From NCBI GenBank assembly GCA_946497955.1, contig CAMMMH010000003.1, positions 10,316 to 74,315 on the forward strand: a DNA stretch of 64,000 nucleotides. Reading direction: 5' to 3'. Positions 19,036 through 27,788 of this stretch are shown in pieces; position 1 is the stretch's first letter, and every line of letters begins with the position of its first letter. Made by a program: the position numbers and the translations under genes. The notes under the pieces were generated by a model. That model saw nothing but the letters and a program-made list of their open reading frames with translations, did no database searches and had not been told where the DNA came from. Origin of the DNA: an uncultured Mycoplasmatota bacterium. Lineage in GTDB: Bacteria; Bacillota_I; Bacilli_A; RF39; UBA660.

Positions 19036-19698
19036 ATGTATGATAAATATCATTTAACCAAAGAACTTAATTTATCTTTAGCGAGAAAAATGTTTGTTTC
19101 TAACATCTTTAATAGTGCTAGACTTGAAGAAATTAATATAACTTATGAAGAGACAAAGAAAGTTTTGGAAGGAGTAAATGTTCCTAGTTTACGATTGGAT
19201 GAAATAAATTGCATTTTAAATCTGAGGGATGCTTGGAATTTTACTATTTCTAATATAGATACTGATGTTAGTCTTGATTTTATATGCAAAGTTAATTCGT
19301 TTGTATCAAAAAATGAATCTTTAGAATGGGGGGTTTTAAGAACAGGTAAAGTTGGTATAAATGGAGTAGATTATATTCCTGATATTCCTAATAGAGAAGA
19401 TGTTATTACAAATATAAACGAGATTTTAAAAGAAGAGAATATAACTGGTAGAAGTTTAAACCTTATGCTTTATTTAATGAGAAGTCAAATATTTTGGGAT
19501 GGTAATAAAAGAACCGCTATGATAGTTGCTAATAAACTCCTTATAAGTAATGGTTGTGGTATTATTTCTGTTAAGGAAGATGATATAAATGAATTTAATA
19601 AACTATTAACAGAATATTATAATACTGGTAATAAAGATAAGATAATCCCTTTTCTATATGATAAATGTATATTTGGATTAGAATTAAATAACACATAG
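19036..19698 (+). CDS. Fic/Doc-family protein with a Doc-type motif in which the catalytic His is Gln
   Basis: Motif QIFWDGNKRTAM (19486-19521), compare Doc HxFx(D/N)(A/G)NKR. Starts 9-18 nt after the PIN-like gene. Confidence 0.55.
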   Translation: MYDKYHLTKELNLSLARKMFVSNIFNSARLEEINITYEETKKVLEGVNVPSLRLDEINCILNLRDAWNFTISNIDTDVSLDFICKVNSFVSKNESLEWGVLRTGKVGINGVDYIPDIPNREDVITNINEILKEENITGRSLNLMLYLMRSQIFWDGNKRTAMIVANKLLISNGCGIISVKEDDINEFNKLLTEYYNTGNKDKIIPFLYDKCIFGLELNNT

Positions 19699-19719
19699 AA
19701 GCAAATCTATGTGTTATTT
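19687..19719. terminator. Bidirectional hairpin shared by two convergent genes
   Basis: Perfect 13-bp inverted repeat AAATAACACATAG / CTATGTGTTATTT with a 7-nt loop. Both stop codons lie inside the arms. Confidence 0.5.
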
Positions 19720-20442
19720 AAATATTTAAGTATATTATTTTTTAAATATAAACATTCATCTGTGTCCTTAACATTAAATGTTTTTATAAAGGTATTGATG
19801 ACATTATCAATAGTATTTTCAGTAATAGTTTTTTTACTTGCATCTAAATTTAAGTCATAAATAAAAGCTAATATGTTAGCAAGTTTATCTATAGCAGTTT
19901 TTCGGTTTTTTAAATCAACTAATCTATGACTATCAAAATCTTCTTTAACTTTGGAATTTAGTTTAGCTCCTTCTACATATGGCAAAATATAAAAGTCTTT
20001 GATATTATTATCATAGGTAGCGACATAAAATATATCTAATTTATCTGCATCTCTAATTGCTTTACAAAACAGTTTTTCTTTAGCAGTTAATTCATAATTT
20101 AAATTCATTTTATTATGATATTTAACTGCTTTATAAATAATATTATCATACTTATTATCATCTATAAATTTTCTAATAAGATTATCTTTGAAAAGAATAT
20201 CCACACCTAAATCAGCATGGTCTATAGTTTTACTATCAACAATAGAGTTATATTTTTTCATTTGAAGAAATCTACCAATATCATGTAAATAACCAATTAA
20301 TACTAAGAGATTTAGCGATTTTTTTACAATTGTCTTTCACTCTTAAAGTGTGTTCATACTTTCTTTTAATAGTTATATTATTTAAATCAAACTTACTAAC
20401 ATAATCTTTAAAAGTCTTATCTACATTTTCTAAATCTATCAT
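19707..20442 (-). pseudogene. HD-domain phosphohydrolase, frameshifted in a homopolymer
   Basis: ATG 20442-20440 with AGGAGGAAATGG RBS encodes MIDLENVDKTF...KYEHTLRVKDNCKKIAKSLSINWLFT*. The +1 frame continues ...LLVLIGYLHDIGRFLQMKKYNS... into the 184-aa track ORF. The H...HD signature is split across the two frames. The only homopolymer in the overlap is A7 (plus-strand T7, 20319-20325). Confidence 0.6.
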
Positions 20443-20455
20443 ATTCCATTTCCTC

Positions 20456-21373
20456 CTAAAATATAAGAGTCTTTAATATTCTTTGGGTATTCTTAAAGTT
20501 ATACTTTGCTACTTCTTTTAACTTCTCTTCTCCATACTTATTAACAAGTTCTTCCCCAACTTTATCAACTTCAGGACCTGCTCCTTTAGGAAGAGGTAGA
20601 CCTACTTCATCACAAAGTTTGTCAAACTCTTTTAGAAATATATATCTACTAATAATAGATGCTGCGCCAACTGCTAAATTCTTATCTTCTGCCTTTTGAA
20701 CAAAAGTAATACCTCTTTGAATGTTAGGAACATCTTTAATATAATCATAGTATCTAGCTTCTCTTGCAAATTCATCGACAATAATATAGTCAACTTCTGG
20801 TTTTAAATCTTGCATTATTTGATAAAGTACTTTGTTATGCATAATGGCTTTAATTTTATTCATATTAATATCTTTACTATACTTTTCATTATATTCTTTA
20901 TTAGTTAAAATTAAACTTCGATAAGGAATCTTTTTAATAAGTTCTGGAGTTACTTTTAAAATAAAGTCATCAGTTAGTTTTTTAGAGTCTCTTATACCTA
21001 AGTCTTCTAAATATTTTACATTATCCTTACTTACATATGTTGCCGTTACCACAATAGGTCCAAAGTAGTCTCCAGTTCCAACCTCGTCACTACCAACTGA
21101 TGAGCAGTTATGATGTATAGAATCCCTTTCTATTTCTTGTTCTTTTTCTTTTTCTTCTTTAGTATTAGATAAAAAAGTTCCCCACATTGCCGCATCTACA
21201 TCAGCTGACACTCCTTGAAACATAACTTTACCAGATTCATACATCGTAATAACAGTATCTTCATCTTTCGCTTGAAAGACGACATAAGGAATTTTTTTAT
21301 CTCGCATTTTATCCTTATAATACTCTATCATTTTTTGTTTAACTTCATCATTTACTTTTATAACAACGTTCAT
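20456..21373 (-). CDS. rnhC: Ribonuclease HIII
   Basis: RNase HIII-specific N-domain (VVFQAKDEDTVITMYESGKVMFQG) plus GSDEVGTGDYFGP catalytic region. Confidence 0.9.
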   Translation of the reverse strand: MNVVIKVNDEVKQKMIEYYKDKMRDKKIPYVVFQAKDEDTVITMYESGKVMFQGVSADVDAAMWGTFLSNTKEEKEKEQEIERDSIHHNCSSVGSDEVGTGDYFGPIVVTATYVSKDNVKYLEDLGIRDSKKLTDDFILKVTPELIKKIPYRSLILTNKEYNEKYSKDINMNKIKAIMHNKVLYQIMQDLKPEVDYIIVDEFAREARYYDYIKDVPNIQRGITFVQKAEDKNLAVGAASIISRYIFLKEFDKLCDEVGLPLPKGAGPEVDKVGEELVNKYGEEKLKEVAKYNFKNTQRILKTLIF

Positions 21374-21450
21374 ACTTTACACCTCTTACAAAATATTATA
21401 GCATAGTTTTAAAATATAGTTTATAATAAATATAGAAGGAGTGTGGTTTT

Positions 21451-22158
21451 ATGAGCCCAAATATATTTAGTGTAGTTATAGTATTACTTATTTTACTCTG
21501 TGGAGTGATTGGAAGTAGAAGAGGGATTCTTAAAGAACTTGTTATAATTGTAGGAACAATAGTTGTTTTTGCCTTATCCTTTTTCTTAAAAGATGTAATA
21601 GCTTCACTTTTTTGTCAGAACTTACCATTCTTTAATTTTAGAATACCTTTAGGTAATTTAATTAGTTTAAATATTATATTCTATCAGTTAATAGCATTTC
21701 TATTAGTAGTTATAGTATTAAGATTAGTATTACAGATACTAATAGATGTAACAGGTATTTTTAGTAAGATTATTAATGCTACAATAATCCTTGCTCTACC
21801 TAATAAATTATTAGGATTTGTAGTAGGACTATTAGAAGGTTATATCTTAATGTTTATAATCCTTAATGTCATTGCTATACCTATGAGTGGTAGTGAGTTA
21901 TTTATGTCCTCTGGTGTAAGACAATTTATTGTTAATGATAGCCCAGTACTTAAAGATAGCTTAGGAGGGCTCAACTATGCAATAGAAGATGTACTTAGTT
22001 TATCTAGCGGTGATGATAGAAATACTAATGATTTAAAAGTTATAGATATTATGCTAAAATATAAGACGGTATCAGTAGAGTTTATGGATAATGTTAAGAA
22101 AACAGGAAAACTTGATGATATTAGTGGCCTTGATGGTGTAATAGATAAATATAGATAG
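21451..22158 (+). CDS. cvpA: CvpA-family membrane protein
   Basis: Four TM segments, and the typical divergent rnhC-cvpA arrangement of Bacillota. Confidence 0.65.
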   Translation: MSPNIFSVVIVLLILLCGVIGSRRGILKELVIIVGTIVVFALSFFLKDVIASLFCQNLPFFNFRIPLGNLISLNIIFYQLIAFLLVVIVLRLVLQILIDVTGIFSKIINATIILALPNKLLGFVVGLLEGYILMFIILNVIAIPMSGSELFMSSGVRQFIVNDSPVLKDSLGGLNYAIEDVLSLSSGDDRNTNDLKVIDIMLKYKTVSVEFMDNVKKTGKLDDISGLDGVIDKYR

Positions 22159-22168
22159 GAGGAATAAA

Positions 22169-22474
22169 ATGAATTATTTAGAAAATGTAGATGATTTTGA
22201 AAAATTGATTAAAGAAGGAGATGTTCTAGTAGATTTCTTTGCTACTTGGTGTGGACCATGTAAAATGTTAAGTCCAGTATTAGAAGAAATAGCTGAGAAG
22301 TTTCCAAGAATTAAAGTTGTTAAAGTAGATATAGACAAGTTTGATGACTTAACAAGAGCTCATGGTATTATGAGTGTACCTACTATAGAAGTATATAGAA
22401 ATGGTACTTTAGTTAAAAAAGAAGTAGGTTACCATAATCTAGATGAAATAGTATCTTGGTTACCAAGGGACTAG
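22169..22474 (+). CDS. trxA: Thioredoxin
   Basis: WCGPC active site, 101 aa. Confidence 0.9.
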   Translation: MNYLENVDDFEKLIKEGDVLVDFFATWCGPCKMLSPVLEEIAEKFPRIKVVKVDIDKFDDLTRAHGIMSVPTIEVYRNGTLVKKEVGYHNLDEIVSWLPRD

Positions 22475-22493
22475 TAAAAACTAGTCTTTTTTC
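22469..22493 (+). terminator. Rho-independent terminator after trxA
   Basis: GACTAG / CTAGTC stem (contains the TAG stop codon) followed by a T6 run. Confidence 0.6.
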
Positions 22494-22582
22494 TTTGATG
22501 CAACTAAAAATTTACATAAATTAACTGAAAATTGGTGGGATGCAACCAAATATTCTGATAAATTTAACACGAGGTGAGAAAA

Positions 22583-23962
22583 ATGAATTTTGCTAGTAAT
22601 TTGCAAAAGTTAAGAAAAAGAGAAAATATGAGTCAAGAAGCACTTGCTGAAAAGCTTGATGTTACAAGACAATCTGTATCTAAATGGGAAAGTGGGGCAA
22701 GTTATCCTGAAATGGATAAACTAATATCTATTTGTAAGATATTTAATGTCGATATGGATACGTTAGTAAATGGAGATGTAGATATAGGTAATATTGATAA
22801 AGAAACATCTATTAATACTAAAGATATCTTAGATAAGTTTAATACTTTAATGAAAAAGATTGTATGTCTATTTGAAAGTATGAGCTTTAAAGAGATAATA
22901 GAGTTTTTAGTAACAGTATTTCTTTTAGTAATAATTATTATAGTAGGTACTATTCCAAAAGACATTATAGAAAACTTAATAGGTACTAATCTTTTAGAAG
23001 GTATTACTTATGTAGGACCTACATTAAATACATTATTTAGGTTAATAGTAGATATATTATATAGTGTCTTCGCTATCGTTATTTTTGCCTATGTCTTAAA
23101 AATTAAATATTTAGATAGAATTAAGATTAAAGAAGATACTGATAAAGAGATAGTAGTAAAAGAAAAAGAGAAAAGAGTAGAAGAAGTAGAGAAGGTTATT
23201 ATTAAAGATGCTAGTAGTAATAGTAATTCTTTAACAAGATTACTTGCTAAAATAATTATTTATATTATTAAGTTCTTTGTAGTATTATTTCTTTTCGCAC
23301 CACTTATATGTATAGTAGTCCTTGCTGTTATGTTAGGCTTTGAAGTATTATTTGTTATAAAAGGATTACCTTTAGTAGGAATGCTTTTATGGACAATTGC
23401 AGGTATAATAATTAGTGCATTATGTTTTGAAGTACCACTTAACTTTGTTATTAATCATAAGAATAATTATAAAAGAATAATGATTACCTTACTTATATCA
23501 CTAGTTATAGTTATAATAGGTTCTATTATCTTTGCTTTTGAGTTTTTCTCTATTACTTATGTAAATGAATTACCAAAAGATGTAAAGGCTAAAGAGATTA
23601 GTGAAACACTTCCTATGACAAATGATTTTAAGACTATAGGTTATTACTATAATGATATAGAGTATGTAGTAGATGATAGCTTAACAGATGAAATAGAAGT
23701 AGATGTTACTTATTATGATTATTTAATAAACAATAATATAGAAATAGAAGTACATAACAATAATTTATTAGTATATATGGATAGTCCTAAAAAATTTAGT
23801 TTTAAAGAGGCCTTAGATAAAGTAAGTGATGATATTAAAGATGGTAAGGTCTATAATTATGATAAGTTAAATGAATATAAAGTTACTATTAAGACTAGTA
23901 GTAATAATATTAATATAATAAAAAATAATAATAAAGAATTCTTTAATGAAAATAATTCCTAG
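22583..23962 (+). CDS. XRE-family HTH protein with multiple TM segments (membrane-anchored regulator)
   Basis: N-terminal HTH (LQKLRKRENMSQEALAEKLDVTRQSVSKWESG) followed by at least 5 hydrophobic helices. ATG 22583 follows the GAGGTGA RBS. Confidence 0.7.
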   Translation: MNFASNLQKLRKRENMSQEALAEKLDVTRQSVSKWESGASYPEMDKLISICKIFNVDMDTLVNGDVDIGNIDKETSINTKDILDKFNTLMKKIVCLFESMSFKEIIEFLVTVFLLVIIIIVGTIPKDIIENLIGTNLLEGITYVGPTLNTLFRLIVDILYSVFAIVIFAYVLKIKYLDRIKIKEDTDKEIVVKEKEKRVEEVEKVIIKDASSNSNSLTRLLAKIIIYIIKFFVVLFLFAPLICIVVLAVMLGFEVLFVIKGLPLVGMLLWTIAGIIISALCFEVPLNFVINHKNNYKRIMITLLISLVIVIIGSIIFAFEFFSITYVNELPKDVKAKEISETLPMTNDFKTIGYYYNDIEYVVDDSLTDEIEVDVTYYDYLINNNIEIEVHNNNLLVYMDSPKKFSFKEALDKVSDDIKDGKVYNYDKLNEYKVTIKTSSNNINIIKNNNKEFFNENNS

Positions 23963-24540
23963 TTATGTTTAGGAATTATTTTTTCATTTACATAGTTAAT
24001 TGTAACAAGGTTAGAAATACTATCTAATACCTCTTTAGTAGTTTCTATTATATAAGTACAGTTTTCTTCATATGATTTATTTTTAATAATACTATCTTTA
24101 AGTAAATAGTTAATCTCTTTTTCTTTAGAATATGGAAAAGTAATAGAAGCCTCTATTCCAGTTATTAGTTCTACTAAAGTAGATTTATTAATAACTTCTT
24201 TACAAGTATTAGAATAGGCTCTAATAAGTCCACCTGGTCCTAATTTAATACATCCAAAGTATCTTATTACTACTACTAAAATATTTACTAAGTCATTACC
24301 TTCTATAACATTTAAAATAGGTATCCCTGCTGTTTTATTAGGCTCGCCATCATCACTAAAGCCTTTATCATTAATCAGTTTAAAGGCATAACAATAATGA
24401 GTGGCATTTTTATATTCTCCTTTTAGTTTATTTATATTATCTTTAACATCATCAAGAGACTCTATAGGTATAATAACTCCTATAAATTTAGAATTTTTTA
24501 TAGTTATTTCATATATTTCTTTAGTTAAAATGGTTTTCAT
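23959..24540 (-). CDS. YigZ/IMPACT-family (UPF0029) protein
   Basis: IKNSKFIGVIIPIESLDDV....YKNATHYCYAF...DDGEPNKTAGIPIL pattern. Confidence 0.8.
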   Translation of the reverse strand: MKTILTKEIYEITIKNSKFIGVIIPIESLDDVKDNINKLKGEYKNATHYCYAFKLINDKGFSDDGEPNKTAGIPILNVIEGNDLVNILVVVIRYFGCIKLGPGGLIRAYSNTCKEVINKSTLVELITGIEASITFPYSKEKEINYLLKDSIIKNKSYEENCTYIIETTKEVLDSISNLVTINYVNEKIIPKHN

Positions 24541-24735
24541 AGTTAGTTCCTTTCTATATTTTTATTTTACAGTAAAAAGTTACAAAAGACAAATAAGGTA
24601 CTTGTATCATTTGAATTTCTATACTTAAATATTAAGTTTTATCTAATATTTATGACTTTTTTCTACTTTTTTCTTTCTTTTTGACTTATAAATGCTATAA
24701 TATTATTAGTTTGGTAGGAAAGGTGTGGTATCTTT

Positions 24736-25002
24736 ATGGATTTTACCTTTAATAGTAAAGAAGAATTATATCAGATGATAGAACCTGCTTTAGATGCTAA
24801 GAAAAGTGAATTAGATAGACTTGGGTATCGTCATATTCATAAAAACGATGTCTGGAATTATTTAATACTAACTAAATGGTCTAAAGCTCATAACTTAGAA
24901 CTTAGTGATATAGTTAGTGATATTTTAAATTGTGATAATAAGCTATTAAATAAATATCTTAAAGATAATCTTGCCAAAAGAGATAATATAGAAATCATTT
25001 AG
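24736..25002 (+). CDS. ComN/YrzD-like post-transcriptional regulator
   Basis: About 90-aa protein with ..LGYRHIHKNDVWNYLILTKW.. located directly upstream of secDF, as in Bacillus. Confidence 0.5.
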   Translation: MDFTFNSKEELYQMIEPALDAKKSELDRLGYRHIHKNDVWNYLILTKWSKAHNLELSDIVSDILNCDNKLLNKYLKDNLAKRDNIEII

Positions 25003-25023
25003 AAACATAATCGGAGGTATGTC

Positions 25024-27318
25024 ATGAAGAAAGATAAGGAAATTAAAGAAAAAAAGATAAAAAAAGAAAGAGGTCATATGGCTAAAGAGAAGAAAAGTAT
25101 GTTATTAAAGACAGGATTACTAGTAGTAATCGCTGTCATAGTATGCTTTTTAATAGTACCATTATTTAAGTCATTAAACTTTGGCCTTGATTTACAAGGA
25201 GGCTTTGAAATACTTTATGAAGTTAGTCCTATTGATGGAAGTAAGATGACTAAAGATAAGTTAAATGCAACTTATAAAAGTATGCTTAAACGTATTGATA
25301 CTTTAGGAGTTAGTGAACCGGAAATAACTTTAGAAGGTAATGATAAGATTAGAGTTAAACTTGCTGGTGTTACTAATAAAGATGAAGCGAGAGAGACATT
25401 ATCTACTGTTGCAACTCTAACTTTTAGAGATAGTGAAGATAATTTACTAATGTCTAGTGATGTCTTAGAAGCAGGTGGGGCTAGACTTACTACAGATCAA
25501 AATGGTAGACCTGCTGTTAGTTTAGCAGTTAAAGATAAAGATACTTTCTATAAAGTAACTAATGCTGTTAAAGATTATGAAAATAACGTTATAGTTATTT
25601 GGTTAGATTATAATGAAATGACTGATTCTTATGCTAGTGAAGCTAGTATGTGTGGAACAAGTGAGAGTAATTGTATAAGTGCAGCGACTGTTTCTGAAGG
25701 TTTTGCTAGTGATGTTATTATTCAGGGTAACTTTACAGAAGAAGAAGCTAGTAATTTAGTTGATTTAATTAATTCAGGAAGTCTTCCTGCTAAACTTACA
25801 GAAATATCTAGTAAGACAGTAGGAGCTAGTTTTGGAGATGCAACCCTTACTATGACAATGTATGCTGGTATTGCCGGTGTTCTTGCTATTATTATATTAC
25901 TTATTGGTATTTATAACTTTGCAGGTATTATCTCTGCAGTATCTATACTTTTATATACCTTATTAGTATTTGCAGCCTTCTGGCTAATTGGTGGAGTCTT
26001 AACTCTACCTGGTATTGCCGCTTTAATTCTTGGTATAGGTATGGCAGTTGATGCTAATGTTTTAACATATTCTCGTATTAAAGAAGAACTACTTAAAGGA
26101 AGAAGTTTAGAGACGGCCTTTAAAAACGGTAGTAAAGCAAGCTTTGGAACAATACTTGATGCTAACCTTACAACATTATTAGTTGCCATTATCATGTTCT
26201 ACTTAGGTGAATCTAGTGTTAAAGGATTTGCAACTATGTTAATCATCAATATTATTGTAACAATGGTTACTATGGTCTTTATTACAAGATTCTTAATGAA
26301 GATGTTTGTTAAGACTAAATACTTTGATAATAAATTAAACTTCTTTATTGGTGTACATGAAGAAAATATTAATAAAACTGATAAGAAACCTACTTACAAC
26401 TATCTAGGTCTTAGTAAATTCTTTGCTGCCTTTAGTTTAGTAGTAATACTGGCATCAGTCGTTATGTTTGCTTTTAAAGGAATGAATCTTGGTATTGACT
26501 TCCAAGCTGGTAGTGATATTACTCTTGCAACAACAGAAGTTAGTGAAAAAGACTTAAGAAGTGATTTAAAAGAGTTAAAACTTGATGAAGTAAGTATTGA
26601 TATTACTAGTAGTGAAACTGATATTAGAGTATGTGATGAGTTAAAAGAAGATGAGATTAATAAAGTAGAGAGTTATTTCTTAGATAAATATAATGCTAGT
26701 GTTGATATTGGAGTTGTTTCTAATGCCGTTAAACAAGATTTAATTAAAAATGCCATATTCTCAATAGTTATCTCTTTAATAGGAATAATTCTATATATTA
26801 CCTTTAGATTTAAATTTAGTTATGGTATTTCATCAGTTATCTGTTTAGTACATGATGCCTTAATGATGGTTGCAAGTGTTATCCTTTTAAGAGTAGAAGT
26901 AAATTCAATGTTTATTGCAGCGGTACTTGCCATTATTGGATATTCTATAAATAATACAATAGTTGTCTTTGATAGAGTAAGAGAAAATTTAAGAAAGAAA
27001 GATAAAGAAAACCTTAATAAAGAAGAACTTAAAGATGTAGTTAATATAAGTATTAAAGAAACTATGTCAAGAAGTATTTATACATCATTAACTACCTTAC
27101 TTCCAGTAATTGCTTTACTTGTTATGGGAAGTAGAGAAATATTAACCTTTAATGTAGCGATGATAGTAGGATTAATCGCTGGTACTTATTCATCATTATT
27201 ACTTGCAGGCTGGCTTTATGTGTTCTTTGCAAGTAAGAAGAAAAATAATAATAAAAAGAAAAAAGTAGTTAAAGAAGTGAGTGAGAAGACTATTAAAGGA
27301 GTAAATGATTATGAATAA
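25024..27318 (+). CDS. secDF: Protein translocase subunit SecDF (fused)
   Basis: Two 6-TM SecD/SecF modules with a large periplasmic-type loop. Lys-rich N-terminal extension (the alternative start is ATG 25078). Confidence 0.9.
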   Translation: MKKDKEIKEKKIKKERGHMAKEKKSMLLKTGLLVVIAVIVCFLIVPLFKSLNFGLDLQGGFEILYEVSPIDGSKMTKDKLNATYKSMLKRIDTLGVSEPEITLEGNDKIRVKLAGVTNKDEARETLSTVATLTFRDSEDNLLMSSDVLEAGGARLTTDQNGRPAVSLAVKDKDTFYKVTNAVKDYENNVIVIWLDYNEMTDSYASEASMCGTSESNCISAATVSEGFASDVIIQGNFTEEEASNLVDLINSGSLPAKLTEISSKTVGASFGDATLTMTMYAGIAGVLAIIILLIGIYNFAGIISAVSILLYTLLVFAAFWLIGGVLTLPGIAALILGIGMAVDANVLTYSRIKEELLKGRSLETAFKNGSKASFGTILDANLTTLLVAIIMFYLGESSVKGFATMLIINIIVTMVTMVFITRFLMKMFVKTKYFDNKLNFFIGVHEENINKTDKKPTYNYLGLSKFFAAFSLVVILASVVMFAFKGMNLGIDFQAGSDITLATTEVSEKDLRSDLKELKLDEVSIDITSSETDIRVCDELKEDEINKVESYFLDKYNASVDIGVVSNAVKQDLIKNAIFSIVISLIGIILYITFRFKFSYGISSVICLVHDALMMVASVILLRVEVNSMFIAAVLAIIGYSINNTIVVFDRVRENLRKKDKENLNKEELKDVVNISIKETMSRSIYTSLTTLLPVIALLVMGSREILTFNVAMIVGLIAGTYSSLLLAGWLYVFFASKKKNNNKKKKVVKEVSEKTIKGVNDYE

Positions 27319-27467
27319 ATCTCCAATTGTAAATATAACGATTAAAAAGAAAATGTTTTCTGTAGCTTATGCTGTAGTTACAGGGGAAAACGAAGTTAAA
27401 TCTGCAAAAAAAATTGTTAGCATTATATAGGGATAGAATAAAACAAAGAATAATTGGAAAAGATACT

Positions 27468-27731
27468 ATGAAGGAATATAACTATTTATTAAGTATATAT
27501 CCTTCAATGGTGAGTGGATATAAAAAAGCTTTAAAATTAGAAAAACGTTTTTTAAAATCAAACTATTCTAAAATTTATAATGATTTAAAGGGCGAAGCAT
27601 TTTTTTCTTATATGATTCATTCTCAAATTCCAAAGGAGAGAGTATTTGATCATGGTAATTGGAATGAAGCCGTATTTGCAGAAGAAATGAGGATTCATGA
27701 CAATGTGATGAAAAAAATGCATAGAATATGA
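27468..27731 (+). CDS. Hypothetical small protein
   Basis: ORF only. No RBS of note and no recognisable motif. The track version starts at TTG 27414. Confidence 0.3.
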   Translation: MKEYNYLLSIYPSMVSGYKKALKLEKRFLKSNYSKIYNDLKGEAFFSYMIHSQIPKERVFDHGNWNEAVFAEEMRIHDNVMKKMHRI

Positions 27732-27788
27732 TAATACTAAATTTTGAAAACAATAAAAATGTATAAAAAGATTAAATATATATGAGGG

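Noticed and set aside
27311-27430. A 39-aa ORF overlapping the secDF stop, and the idea that 27311-27731 is a frameshifted remnant of a gene such as recJ or apt, which often follow secDF.
   Set aside because: The translations in all three frames show no resemblance to RecJ/Apt or any family I recognise. The evidence is insufficient.
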